Shown one piece after another: positions 29,438 through 41,429 of a DNA stretch of 56,784 nucleotides. Each line of letters opens with the position of its first letter. Position 1 is the first letter of the stretch. The stretch spans positions 1 to 56,784 of the forward strand of contig CAZVES010000001.1 of assembly GCA_964625835.1 (NCBI GenBank), in the 5' to 3' direction. The notes under the pieces are model-generated. The model saw only the letters and a program-made list of their open reading frames with translations, ran no database searches and was not told the origin of the DNA. Source of the stretch: an uncultured Hyphomonadaceae bacterium. GTDB lineage: Bacteria; Pseudomonadota; Alphaproteobacteria; Caulobacterales; Hyphomonadaceae. The translations under genes were made by a program, and so were the position numbers.

Positions 29438-30625
29438 CTAGCGGTTTTCGGTTGCCGGCACGCCGGCGAGGGTTCCTGTCGACGCCTGCCGACGCGGTTC
29501 GATTGGCTGCTTCGGCGTGATCCGCTGGAGCCCATCGACCACCACAAGGTCACCGTCTTCAAGCGCCCCACGAACAAAGGCTCGCGGCCCGTCCGTATGG
29601 ACGATTTCGACCAGTCGCGTCTGGGCGGTGAAGCCATCGCCATCGGGTTCGGCGACATAAACCGACCAGAGCCCGCGTGTGGCCTCCTTGAGCGCCGAGA
29701 CGGGGACCCAGAGCCCGCGCTCATCCACGGCACGGTTCAGGTATAGTCGCGCTACGGCACCGGTGGCCACGCCCTGATCGGCCGGGATTTCAAACACTGT
29801 GGTCACGGTTCGCTGGCGCGCATTGATGACGCCGGTGGCGGCGCGCAGGACCGCCTCCACCGGGCGGCCAGCCACATCGAGGCGGTAGGTTTCCCCGGCT
29901 GTCAGGCTCGCCAGAGCGCTTTCCGGCACGCCAATACGCGCTTCCAGTGTGCTGGCCTCAACAAGGGTGAAGATGGCCTGGCCTGGCGCCGCGATCACGC
30001 CTTCATCGACGAACCTTTCCGTCACCACGCCATCGAAGGGTGCTCGGATCTGTGCCAGGTCGATCTGCACCCGCAGGGTGTCGGCTTGTGCCCGTGCGGC
30101 CTGGAGGCGCGCATCTGCCGCGCTGGCCTGGGCAGCGAATTCGTCGACCACCTGCTGGGATACAAAACCCTCATCGCGCAGGTCGCGTTGGCGCTCGACA
30201 GTTGTAAGCGCGAGTTCACGGTTGGCGGCCACCTCATCGATAGCGGCCTCTGCGGCGGCGAGCTGCGCCCTCAGTGCTCGGGTGTCGAGAATGGCGAGCC
30301 GCTGGCCTTCGGCGACGCGACCGCCAATGTCGGCGTTCAGGCTCGCGATCCGCCCGCCCGTCGTGAAGCCCAGCTGGCTCTCCCGGCGAGGCGTGACAAG
30401 GCCCGAATAGCTCTCCTTGAGGTCGAAGTCGCCCTTCAGGACAACTTCAACCACGGCTGCCGAGATCGGCGTTGGCGGCATTTCAGCAACCTTGGGCCCC
30501 TCTTCAGAGCGCAGGGCAAGCGCGGCAAGCACAAGTCCGGCAATGACCAGCGCAAGAACCAGCAGAAACAGCAGGCCTTTCCAGAAACTGGGCTTCTTTT
30601 CGCGTACTTCAAAGGCGTTATCCAT
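29438..30625 (-). CDS. RND efflux periplasmic adaptor (membrane fusion protein)
   Basis: 395 aa with an N-terminal TM anchor, coiled-coil/lipoyl-like HlyD-family features, and a position between the TetR and RND genes. Confidence 0.8.
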   Translation of the reverse strand: MDNAFEVREKKPSFWKGLLFLLVLALVIAGLVLAALALRSEEGPKVAEMPPTPISAAVVEVVLKGDFDLKESYSGLVTPRRESQLGFTTGGRIASLNADIGGRVAEGQRLAILDTRALRAQLAAAEAAIDEVAANRELALTTVERQRDLRDEGFVSQQVVDEFAAQASAADARLQAARAQADTLRVQIDLAQIRAPFDGVVTERFVDEGVIAAPGQAIFTLVEASTLEARIGVPESALASLTAGETYRLDVAGRPVEAVLRAATGVINARQRTVTTVFEIPADQGVATGAVARLYLNRAVDERGLWVPVSALKEATRGLWSVYVAEPDGDGFTAQTRLVEIVHTDGPRAFVRGALEDGDLVVVDGLQRITPKQPIEPRRQASTGTLAGVPATENR

Positions 30626-30697
30626 GGGTCCAACCCTTCAGGCGATCCTGGTTTCGAGTGATAGGGTGCCCGGAGGCGACTGTATGTGATGTCAGTC

Positions 30698-31345
30698 TCA
30701 TCGCTTGTAGAGCCCCCTGAGAACGATGCTGGCATGCAGGTCGAGAAACGTGTCCTGGTCGATCTCAGGTTCGCCCTGGATACCGGACAGGAAATGCGGA
30801 AGGTGTGCGAGAAGGCTCGCGGCCCCGTGGCAGCAGGCCCAGACGGATTTGGCCAGGGTGATGGCATCGCCTGACGTGTTGAAATGGCCCAGAGATTGGC
30901 CTTCCTGGACCATGGAAATAAGGTAGTCGAAGGCGCGGGACTTGTTGCTTGCCCTGTCGGGATCGTCCCTGGGATCGACGACACCCGAGAAGGCGCCCAG
31001 ATACTGATGCGGTTTTTCCAGCGCTTCTTCGATGTACACCCGAAGGCACTGGTGAGCGCGGTGGTCAAAGGGCTCGCTGCTGTGCTGGACCGCATCCACA
31101 TGGGTCAGGATGCGCCCAAAAAAAGCTTCCTTCAGTTCACTGACCAGCTCTTCCTTGGACTCGAAATACTTGTAGATGGCAGCGGGAGAATAGTCGATTT
31201 CCTCTGCCAGCCTGCGAATGGACAGGCCGCCCTCGCCGTCCTCGGCAATCATGCGTTCGGCAGCCTCGAGGATCGACTCGCGAACACGCCGGCGCCGGCG
31301 TTCAGCCGGCGTACCATCGCCTGCATGGGATCGGCCACGTTCCAT
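30698..31345 (-). CDS. TetR/AcrR-family transcriptional regulator
   Basis: The HTH region is ...ILEAAERMIAEDGEGGLSIRRLAEEIDYSPAAIYKYFESKEEL.... I place the start at ATG 31345 (MERGRSHAG...). The upstream part of the ORF-track entry (to 31642) looks non-coding and overlaps the divergent gene. Confidence 0.8.
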   Translation of the reverse strand: MERGRSHAGDGTPAERRRRRVRESILEAAERMIAEDGEGGLSIRRLAEEIDYSPAAIYKYFESKEELVSELKEAFFGRILTHVDAVQHSSEPFDHRAHQCLRVYIEEALEKPHQYLGAFSGVVDPRDDPDRASNKSRAFDYLISMVQEGQSLGHFNTSGDAITLAKSVWACCHGAASLLAHLPHFLSGIQGEPEIDQDTFLDLHASIVLRGLYKR

Positions 31346-31369
31346 GGTCAACCATATAGAACGAAATTC

Positions 31370-31394
31370 AATAAGTGAACAGTGTTTACTTATT
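31370..31394. promoter_or_regulatory. candidate TetR operator: 12-bp inverted repeat AATAAGTGAACA-G-TGTTTACTTATT (11/12 match)
   Basis: Read directly from the sequence. It lies in the 111-bp divergent region between the tetR-mfp-rnd operon and the nitroreductase gene. Confidence 0.5.
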
Positions 31395-31456
31395 TGTCCG
31401 GGGTTTTCTTCCTGCCGCCTGTGGTTTTCAGGGTGGGGGCCTCTAAATTTCAGCTT

Positions 31457-32089
31457 ATGCCCAGTCTTTTTCCCCCAAGTCCCGACCCTCAGTCCCCGCT
31501 GTCGACAGATGATGCACCAGAGGGCCTCGCCCAGTTCCTGGCCAATCGTCGTTCGGCGGGCAAACACACATTGTCCGAGCCCGGGCCCGACCGTGAGACC
31601 CTGGCCGACATTCTGCGCGTCGCCGCCAGGGTGCCGGACCATCGAAAGCTCGAGCCCTGGCGTTTCATTACAATCACGGGCAGCGACCGTTCAGCCTTCG
31701 CCGACAGGCTGTCGGAGATCGCGCTGGTTTCCGAGGTTGCAAAGGCGCGCGGCGTGGGCGCGGAAACTTCGCGTCAACTGCCCCTGCGCGCGCCTGTCGT
31801 TGTTGTCGTCGTCTCCAGCCCCGATCACACCCACAAGACACCGGTGTGGGAGCAGGAGCTTTCCGCTGGAGCGGTGTGCTACAACCTGCTGATTGCGGCG
31901 CGGGCTGCCGGGTTTGGTGCGGTGTGGCTGACGGACTGGATCAGCTATGACCGGGATGTTGACCGTCTGCTGGGCCTTTCCGATGGCGAACGCATCGCGG
32001 GCTACATCTATATCGGAACCCCGACCGCAGATGCGCCAGAGCGTCCGCGCCCGGACATGGCCGCGAAAGTCACGCCCTGGACGCCCTGA
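31457..32089 (+). CDS. nitroreductase-family protein (YdjA-like)
   Basis: ...RRSAGKHTLSEPGPDRETLADILRVAARVPDHRKLEPWRFITI... and ...ELSAGAVCYNLLIAARAAGFGAVWLTDW.... I prefer ATG 31457 over the ORF-track start at 31382. Confidence 0.75.
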   Translation: MPSLFPPSPDPQSPLSTDDAPEGLAQFLANRRSAGKHTLSEPGPDRETLADILRVAARVPDHRKLEPWRFITITGSDRSAFADRLSEIALVSEVAKARGVGAETSRQLPLRAPVVVVVVSSPDHTHKTPVWEQELSAGAVCYNLLIAARAAGFGAVWLTDWISYDRDVDRLLGLSDGERIAGYIYIGTPTADAPERPRPDMAAKVTPWTP

Positions 32090-32095
32090 ATCACA

Positions 32096-32126
32096 ACGCC
32101 CCGCTTCCATGGCAGAAGCGGGGCGT
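32096..32126. terminator. 12-bp perfect hairpin between convergent nitroreductase and katG genes (bidirectional terminator candidate)
   Basis: ACGCCCCGCTTC-catggca-GAAGCGGGGCGT, read directly from the sequence. The flanking T-tracts are weak on both strands. Confidence 0.55.
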
Positions 32127-32147
32127 CTTGCCGGTTGGCAATCGCGT

Positions 32148-34364
<2,217 letters not shown>

Positions 34365-34496
34365 TTATCGGGGTTGTAAACTCCACTTCTCGGCAGGATG
34401 ACGCAGCTTTCTCTATCAATCCAATCAATTCTTTGATGGTTAACTATAGGGAAAATCTGTGGCAGCCCGCGTCCTGCCCGGAGCGGCTTCCTGGCC

Positions 34497-34531
34497 AAAG
34501 AAAAACCCCCGCAGCCATCGGGCTGCGGGGG
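34497..34531 (-). terminator. Rho-independent terminator of trxA
   Basis: The minus strand reads CCCCCGCAGCC-cgat-GGCTGCGGGGG followed by TTTTTCTTT. The stem is 11 bp and perfect, and it lies 26 nt after the trxA stop. Confidence 0.8.
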
Positions 34532-34556
34532 TTTCGAAGTCGGCTGGCGCGTCGGA

Positions 34557-34874
34557 TCAGGCGTGTTCCTTGATCCAGTCGGCAATGCGCTGCTTGCTCA
34601 TGGCGCCAAGCTGGCTGTCCACCATCTTGCCATCCTTGAAGAGCATCAGGGTCGGCAGGCCGCGCACGCCATACTTGGACGCGCTCATCGGATTTTCGTC
34701 GACATTGATCTTCGCAATGGTGACCTTGTCGCCATATTCCTCGGCCACCGCGTCAAGGTGCGGGGCCATCTGCTTGCAGGGTCCGCACCATTCCGCCCAG
34801 AAGTCCACCACAATGGGATCGCCGCCTGCGATGGCTGCATCAAAATCGTCATCTGTCAGTGTTTTTGTCGCCAT
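34557..34874 (-). CDS. trxA: thioredoxin
   Basis: MATKTLTDDDFDAAIAGGDPIVVDFWAEWCGPCKQMAP... with the WCGPC active site, 105 aa from ATG 34874. The rest of the ORF-track entry (to 35084) overlaps addA. Confidence 0.9.
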   Translation of the reverse strand: MATKTLTDDDFDAAIAGGDPIVVDFWAEWCGPCKQMAPHLDAVAEEYGDKVTIAKINVDENPMSASKYGVRGLPTLMLFKDGKMVDSQLGAMSKQRIADWIKEHA

Positions 34875-34927
34875 GATTTCAGGCTCCCTTGATTGTCTTC
34901 CCGATAAATAGGCGATTTCGCGCCATA

Positions 34928-37900
34928 TCAAAGCCTGCTTTGGGCTCGCTTTAGCGCTTCTAACAACAATGGGCGGGGCAGGGGCATGAGGCGCGGCCCC
35001 TCGGTCCAGACCAGAACGCACTCGATTTCGCGACCGGGAAAGCCGGCTTCCAGGACATTCTGGTAGGCTGCCATCTGGGCGCAATAGGCCTCGGCGACGC
35101 CCTCGGCGGTCTCTGGCGGTGGCCTGTCGGTCTTGATGTCCGCAACAAGGATGCGGGCCTCGGAAATGACCAGCCGGTCCACGCGGCCATTGATCAGGGT
35201 GGTTTCGGGCCAGCCCGTGCCATATCCCACAATTGCCGCCTCGGCGCGTCCATTGGGCGCGAACACGTCGGATATGGCCGGGTCTCGAAGTGTTGCCAGT
35301 GCCGTGGCAGCGATCTCTTCGCGTTCGTCGGGGGTCAGCGCCGCCTCAATGGCCAGGAACCGGGCAGCGGCGTCCTCGCGGTCTTCATCAGCCACGCTCG
35401 GCAGGCGCTCGAGCAGGGCGTGGATCAGGCGCCCGCGCAGGCGTCGGTCCGGCGGGCGCGGCCCCAGCGGGTCGATCACGGGGGCGTCATCGGCAATCAG
35501 GCGTGAGGGGCTGATCGCACGGGGCCCTATGGTCTCAGCGGGAGCAGTCTGGCGCAGCCACGCTGGCGCAACGGGCCCGGCTCCGGTCTCGGCCACCGCG
35601 GCCGGGGCGAGCTTTGGATGCGCGCCATGGGCAAGGATGCCGGTGGCGTTGTCTTCAATTGCGCCGGCCCTTTCAAACCCCTTCGCGCAGAGATCGTACC
35701 AGGACATGTCGGTGTAGCCCCTGCCGCCAGCCGCGCCATGCCAGTGGCCGCACACCACAAGGCGGTCCTGGGCTCGCGTCAGCGCCACATACAAGAGGCG
35801 CACATGCTCTTCCATCATGCGCGCGGAAGCATCGGCGCGTGCTTCAACCAGGATGTCGGTGTCTTTTTTTCGGTTGGGGGCCCAGACGGGCAAGCCGTCG
35901 TCCAGGCTCAGCAAGGCACTGCGCAACGGGCCGGGCGGCGACGTGGTGTCGGGAAGGATCACCACCGGTGCCTGGAGGCCCTTGGCCCCATGCACCGTCA
36001 TGACGCGAACCGCACCGCTGGCCTCTGCCAGGTCGCGTTTCACCTCGCTTTCATCATTTTCCATGGCTGACAGGAACGCCTGCAGGCTGGCCCCCCGATC
36101 CCCATCAAAGCCAAGGGCCCGTGCGCAGAGTGCCTCGATAGGGTCACGCGCAGGACTGCCGAGGCGGGCTGCGATGCGGTCCCAGCCGGTCTCCTCGCCA
36201 AGTACGCGGCGTTCAAGAACAGCCGTGAGAAATTCGAAAGCAGGCCAGTGACGCCGTTCAAGAAGGCTTTCAAGGAAAGCGCGCGCGGCAATGTGATCGG
36301 GCATTTCACTCGCCTGGAGCCGTGACCAGACGCTGGTGTCCTTGCCGCGCCCGTGGGCAAGGTGGAAAAGGTGCTCATCATCGCCGACAAGGTCGCAGAA
36401 TGGCCCACGAAGTATTTCTGCGAGAGTCAGGTCGTCGCTCGGCATCAGGACAAAGCGGATCAGGTTCAGGCAATCCTGAACGCCGATATGGTCTGCCAGG
36501 ACCAGCCGGTCAGCCCCGGCCACGGGCAGGCCCTCGCGTTTGAGGTTCTGGATCAGCGCGTCGAAAAGGCCACCCTTGCGCTTGCGCACCAGGATCAGCA
36601 CGTCGCCCGGCGTCATCGATTTGTGCTGCCAGCCGCCATCCTCACGTTCGGTCCAGACCGTCTCGCCGCGGTCGATCATCTGGCGCACATGGCCTGCCAC
36701 ATGGGCGGCCAGCCGGGCTTTGGGGGAATTCTCGCCCTGAGAGTCGACCGGCGCATCCCATGGGTCTTCCTCAGCGGCGCTGGTTTTCTCCTCGATCGGC
36801 CAGAGCTCGACCCGGCCGGGCTGGTTCGCTCGCCGTGCGGTGTGCAGCGTGTCATCGGCCGTAGCGGGCGGCTGGCTCCGCGTTGCGGGCACGTCAATGG
36901 CGGCTTGGGCCATGACCCCGTCCACAGCCTCCAGCACTTCCGGACTGGAGCGGAAGGACATGAGCATGTCCGGCGTGTGGCCATCGCCGTTTGTGCGCGC
37001 GATGAAGTCCCGCTTGCCGGTCAGGAAGAGGCGCGGATCGGCGCCCTGGAATGAGTAGATCGACTGCTTCTCGTCGCCCACCACGAAAAGCGTGCGTGGA
37101 TCGGCCTCGCGTTCTATCCCGACTCCCGCAAAGAATTCCTCGGTCAGGGCGTGCAGTATCTCCCACTGCTCGGGCGCGGTGTCCTGGGCTTCGTCCAGCA
37201 GCACATGGGTCAGCCCGCCATCGAGCTTGTAGAGCACCCAGGCCGCCAGGCCGGATCGTGTCAGCAGGCTCCGGGCTGCGTCGATCAGGTCATCGAAGTC
37301 CAGCGAACCGCGAGCCGATTTTTCGCGGGCATAGGCCTTGAGGAGAGGCCGCGCGAGGCGCAGCAGGCTTTCCGTGCGTTCGGCGGCCTCTGCGGCGAGT
37401 ATGTCGGCCTCGGCCTGTTTCAGCCTCGTGATCTCGCGGCCCTCGGGCGCGGTGATGGAGAAGAGGTCCTCAATATCGGGCGGGGCCCCCTTGTTGAACT
37501 CGCTTCTGGCCCGCAGGTCGCCGTCTGATTTGCGAAAAAGGCTCTGGAGCCGACTGAATCGCTCCGATGGATCAGTTGTGTTCAGAATGTCTTCCAGCTT
37601 TGCAGCCAGTTTCTGGTCGGCTGGCCTGCCCGCTTGCAAGACGCCGATTGCGCTTCGGTAAGCATCAGCCGGCAGCCGTGTCTCCACCGCATCGCGCAAC
37701 AGCTCCGCCACGCTTGCTTCCGGCGCGCCGAGCGCCTTGCGCAGGGCCTGGCCGGGATCGTCCCCGTGACGCATCAGGGCCTTGCCGGCAGACCTCGCCA
37801 GACCCAGCGCCACGTCGATGCCCAGCCCGCCGCCCTGCAAGGCCACCTGGTCCAAGATATCTGGCTCGGCCTCGGCCAGGTCCAGCACGGCCTCGCGCGC

Positions 37901-38413
37901 AGCGGCCTGCCACATGGCCTCGGCATCGGCCTCTTCGATTTCGCGGAACCCGGGAACGATCCCCGCCTCCAGCGGAAACCGGCGCAGCAGTCTTGCCGAA
38001 AAGGCGTGGATCGTCTCGATGCGCAGGCCGCCCGGCGTTTCCAGCGCCTTGGCAAACAGGGCGCGGGCCTTTTTCAGGTCTGCGTCGATATACTCCTCGG
38101 GCTCACGTCCCTCCAACTCGGCCAGTTCACGCGCGAGCTTCTGGTCTTCCATGACAGACCAGGCGCCAAGTCGCTTGAAAAGGCGGGAGATCATCTCATT
38201 TGCTGCAGCCCGTGTGTAGGTGATGCAGAGGATCGAGTCCGGCGGCGCGTCGCGCAGGAGCAGGCGCGCCACCCGGTCGATCAGCACCTTGGTCTTGCCC
38301 GAGCCTGCATTGGCCGCAACCCAGGCACTCTCCACAGGGTCTGCCGCAGTCGCTTGGGCCGCGACGGCGCGCTGGAACTCTTCGTTGTCAGGAGAGAAGA
38401 CGATCTCACTCAT
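34928..38413 (-). CDS. addA: double-strand break repair helicase AddA (alphaproteobacterial type)
   Basis: UvrD-type helicase motifs (...AANAGSGKTKVLIDR..., ...VLLDEAQDT...) plus a C-terminal nuclease region. ATG 38413 (MSEIVFSPDNEE...) overlaps the addB stop by 8 nt. The ORF-track start is 38470. Confidence 0.85.
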   Translation of the reverse strand: MSEIVFSPDNEEFQRAVAAQATAADPVESAWVAANAGSGKTKVLIDRVARLLLRDAPPDSILCITYTRAAANEMISRLFKRLGAWSVMEDQKLARELAELEGREPEEYIDADLKKARALFAKALETPGGLRIETIHAFSARLLRRFPLEAGIVPGFREIEEADAEAMWQAAAREAVLDLAEAEPDILDQVALQGGGLGIDVALGLARSAGKALMRHGDDPGQALRKALGAPEASVAELLRDAVETRLPADAYRSAIGVLQAGRPADQKLAAKLEDILNTTDPSERFSRLQSLFRKSDGDLRARSEFNKGAPPDIEDLFSITAPEGREITRLKQAEADILAAEAAERTESLLRLARPLLKAYAREKSARGSLDFDDLIDAARSLLTRSGLAAWVLYKLDGGLTHVLLDEAQDTAPEQWEILHALTEEFFAGVGIEREADPRTLFVVGDEKQSIYSFQGADPRLFLTGKRDFIARTNGDGHTPDMLMSFRSSPEVLEAVDGVMAQAAIDVPATRSQPPATADDTLHTARRANQPGRVELWPIEEKTSAAEEDPWDAPVDSQGENSPKARLAAHVAGHVRQMIDRGETVWTEREDGGWQHKSMTPGDVLILVRKRKGGLFDALIQNLKREGLPVAGADRLVLADHIGVQDCLNLIRFVLMPSDDLTLAEILRGPFCDLVGDDEHLFHLAHGRGKDTSVWSRLQASEMPDHIAARAFLESLLERRHWPAFEFLTAVLERRVLGEETGWDRIAARLGSPARDPIEALCARALGFDGDRGASLQAFLSAMENDESEVKRDLAEASGAVRVMTVHGAKGLQAPVVILPDTTSPPGPLRSALLSLDDGLPVWAPNRKKDTDILVEARADASARMMEEHVRLLYVALTRAQDRLVVCGHWHGAAGGRGYTDMSWYDLCAKGFERAGAIEDNATGILAHGAHPKLAPAAVAETGAGPVAPAWLRQTAPAETIGPRAISPSRLIADDAPVIDPLGPRPPDRRLRGRLIHALLERLPSVADEDREDAAARFLAIEAALTPDEREEIAATALATLRDPAISDVFAPNGRAEAAIVGYGTGWPETTLINGRVDRLVISEARILVADIKTDRPPPETAEGVAEAYCAQMAAYQNVLEAGFPGREIECVLVWTEGPRLMPLPRPLLLEALKRAQSRL

Positions 38414-41400
38414 TGCCGATCTCGCTCGTCCATTCCGCCCGCCGTGCCAGGCGTCCATAGTCGCCCTCATACCTCACGAACTGCGCGCGCGGGGCAGAGA
38501 GATAGGCCTGTTCCGGCCGGGCATAGGCGGCAAGCAGCCGAGCCAGGCCATCGCGTGCCGCTTCGGCGAGTTCCGTGGGCGAGGCTTTAAGGTCACGGCC
38601 TGTGCCAATGTTGCGGATCTCCGGTCTCGCCTTGACCGCCACATAGGTCAGCTCGTCGACCGGGCCGGGCGGCACATCGGGGAAACCGCCCTCGGCTGCG
38701 ATCAAGGCCTGGAGTGGCATTTGCTGGGAGAGTCCCGCGCCGATCTCCTTGTCGGACGGCGGTCCGCCTGTCTTGAAGTCCAGAATGGCAAGTCCGCCGC
38801 CCACCCGGCGCTCGATCCGGTCGGCCACGGCGCTGAGGGTGAAATCCGGCAGCCCAGGACGTGGCACCGACAGCGCGCCGCGTAATTCGAGAAGGGCAGT
38901 GCCCTCCAATCCGGCTTGGCGCGCGCTGTGCCAGTCCACATACCACTCGGCGATGCCGCGCAGGATCACCCGCCGCCCGGCCAGGCTCTCGCGCGACTCC
39001 CCGTGCCAGCGCAGCTCGGTCTCAAGCAATTCAAGCAATCCATCTGGCCCCATTCCCTGACGGGCGTCGAACAGCTCCAGCGCACGGTGGACGGCCGTAC
39101 CTGTCTCACGCGCATCAATCGACTTGCCAAGCGGATGCAGTGGCGACAGGCCGAGAACCTGTTCGGCATAGATCGCATAAGGATCGCGCTGCAGGACGTC
39201 GATCCTTGTCACCGAAAGCCTGTCGGGGCGCGCGTAAACGGGAGGGCGCGGAGCCGGCACGGCATGGTCGTTGGGCTGTTCGCGCAAGGGCTGTTTCAGC
39301 GCATGAAACCACAGGCGCGGATCGGACGCCGGGGCGGGTGCAAGGGCTGGCTTTGACCGCTCTCCCAACGCCCCGCGCACCAGGGTCTCAAGACGCCAGA
39401 CCCAGCGCGATGCCACAGCTGGCGCATCATCGCGCCGTGCCGTGTACATGAGTGTCACGCGCGGTGCACAGGCGAGACCTGCAAAGTCATGGGCGGCCAG
39501 TCCCATCAGCGTTTCCGGGTCTTCCAGCCCCAGCCTCGCGCGCAGTTTGCGCGGAAGAAAGGTGTCAGCCCCAGGTCGGCGTGGCCAGACACTCTCGTTC
39601 AGTCCCGCCAGGATAAGGTGGTCCGCGCTCTGAAGGCGGGCCTCCAGAGGCCCCCATATCGACAGTCTTGGATGGCCCGGAGTGTCGGGCGGCACATTTG
39701 TTTCGGCCGCCAGCGCACGCATCAGGGCCAGCCAGTCATCGGGGTCCAGCGCCCCGATCGGCTCGGCAATCAGGTCAAGCGTCTCGATCAGCCTCGCCAG
39801 GGCCGCACCATCACCGCCGCGCCACAGCCTGTCGGTTTCCAGGGCCAGTGACAGGGCCATTGACAGGCGCTCGCGAAATTCAGCCGAGGTTTTTTTCCCG
39901 GCGCCATCGAACACGGCCGCAAGGCGCTCAAGATGAGTTGCGACGGACCGGACCTGCGCCAGCGCCTCTTGCGAGGGGCGATGATACAGGCGTTCATCGC
40001 TCAGGCGGGCTTCAAGCCCGGCCACCAGTCCCGGAAGGTCATCCCACCAGCGCACACCGCGCAGCACCCAGCGCTCGAATGTTTCAGCGCCTTCCAGTCT
40101 TCGCCCATGGGGCGCGCGCAACAGTGTTGCCATGGCCACGGGATCGGCCGGTTCGCTCCACCAACCCATCAGTGCATCAAGGCTCGCCCCCGCCGGAGTG
40201 TGGAGAAGGGGCGTCCCCTCCGAGGGCGTCACGTCAAGGTCCCAGCGGGCGAGATGGGCGCTGACCCGCCGTGCAAGGCCCGCATCGGGGCACACAAGCG
40301 CCGCTGTTCGTCCGGGGGTCTCGAGTGTGGCGCGCAGGAGGCAGGCTGCCGACATCGCCTCTTCCATCTCATCGCGGCACTGGACCACGTCGAGGCCGTC
40401 GAGTGCCGACCGGGTGAACGCCTCCAGGTTGTTGCTCCCAGACAGTGCGTTCAGGCGCTGGCGCCAGTCGCCGGTCAGCGCGGCAGGAGAGAGGCTTTCG
40501 TGAATCAGCGCGCGCCGCTCTTCATGGGAAACAGGCTCCAGCCCGGGCAGCACGGGGATCGCGGCGGGTTCTGCGCCGAGAAGCGAAAGCGTGCGAACCA
40601 GCGCATGTTGGGGGTGGCCGGGTTCATCTGCGATGATCCGGGAGTCTTCGCCGGTCAGGGCCCCGTCCACACCGGGCAGGATGACAGCGCCCCTCGGCAG
40701 GGAGAGCGCCGCTTGCATCAGGATCCGGCTGGCCGGAGTTGCGCCAGTGGAGCCGGCAATGACGACGGGCCCGGCCGGAGGAGTGCCAGACCATGTCTGG
40801 GCAATGGTTTTTGCAGCGGCCAGGCGCCGGGAGAGCGGGTCCATGGCCTTGTTTTCTGCAAGCCAGGCCGGCCAGGCGTCGGTGATGATCGAGAGGAATT
40901 CGACCGATTCCTTCCAATGCATCGCAAGGTCAGCGTTTTCGACAAGTGCTGGCAGAGCCGACCAGTCCGGGTCCCCTGCTATGGCGGCCGCATCCAGCAG
41001 GCTTGCCAGTTCCCTGGCCGTTGAAAGCGCTGCACCCGGTGGCAGGGAGGTCCCGCGCGCTTCAAACCATGCCATGACCAGCTTCATCAGGATTCCCAGT
41101 CTGCGGGCTTCGGGCAGGGCCGGGCCAAGATCGGCAAAAGCGGCATCGACGCCGGGCGGTGCGTCATCGGTCTCAAGGTCGCCAAGGGCCCGGATTTGCG
41201 GCATCAGGACCGTGGTGCGATCGCCCGCGGCCCGGTGCAGTGCAAGGGCCAGCGCCCGGGCTGACCGCCTGTTCGGCACATAGACAAGTGCATCGGCGAG
41301 GGCTTCCGGACGCGATTGCAAGCCTGTGGCTTCGGCCATGGCCCGGGCCAGTGCCTCAATGAATGGCGCACCTGCCGGCACCGTCCAAAGCTTCGGTGCG

Positions 41401-41429
41401 CCGTCCCGGAAGAGCAAGTCCCCGCCCAT
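38406..41429 (-). CDS. addB: double-strand break repair protein AddB (alphaproteobacterial type)
   Basis: Protein of about 1000 aa immediately upstream of addA, with an AddB-like C-terminal PD-(D/E)XK region (...LAILDFKTGGPP...). ATG 41429 (MGGDLLFRDGAPKLWTVPAG) overlaps the upstream stop (TGATG). Confidence 0.8.
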   Translation of the reverse strand: MGGDLLFRDGAPKLWTVPAGAPFIEALARAMAEATGLQSRPEALADALVYVPNRRSARALALALHRAAGDRTTVLMPQIRALGDLETDDAPPGVDAAFADLGPALPEARRLGILMKLVMAWFEARGTSLPPGAALSTARELASLLDAAAIAGDPDWSALPALVENADLAMHWKESVEFLSIITDAWPAWLAENKAMDPLSRRLAAAKTIAQTWSGTPPAGPVVIAGSTGATPASRILMQAALSLPRGAVILPGVDGALTGEDSRIIADEPGHPQHALVRTLSLLGAEPAAIPVLPGLEPVSHEERRALIHESLSPAALTGDWRQRLNALSGSNNLEAFTRSALDGLDVVQCRDEMEEAMSAACLLRATLETPGRTAALVCPDAGLARRVSAHLARWDLDVTPSEGTPLLHTPAGASLDALMGWWSEPADPVAMATLLRAPHGRRLEGAETFERWVLRGVRWWDDLPGLVAGLEARLSDERLYHRPSQEALAQVRSVATHLERLAAVFDGAGKKTSAEFRERLSMALSLALETDRLWRGGDGAALARLIETLDLIAEPIGALDPDDWLALMRALAAETNVPPDTPGHPRLSIWGPLEARLQSADHLILAGLNESVWPRRPGADTFLPRKLRARLGLEDPETLMGLAAHDFAGLACAPRVTLMYTARRDDAPAVASRWVWRLETLVRGALGERSKPALAPAPASDPRLWFHALKQPLREQPNDHAVPAPRPPVYARPDRLSVTRIDVLQRDPYAIYAEQVLGLSPLHPLGKSIDARETGTAVHRALELFDARQGMGPDGLLELLETELRWHGESRESLAGRRVILRGIAEWYVDWHSARQAGLEGTALLELRGALSVPRPGLPDFTLSAVADRIERRVGGGLAILDFKTGGPPSDKEIGAGLSQQMPLQALIAAEGGFPDVPPGPVDELTYVAVKARPEIRNIGTGRDLKASPTELAEAARDGLARLLAAYARPEQAYLSAPRAQFVRYEGDYGRLARRAEWTSEIGNE

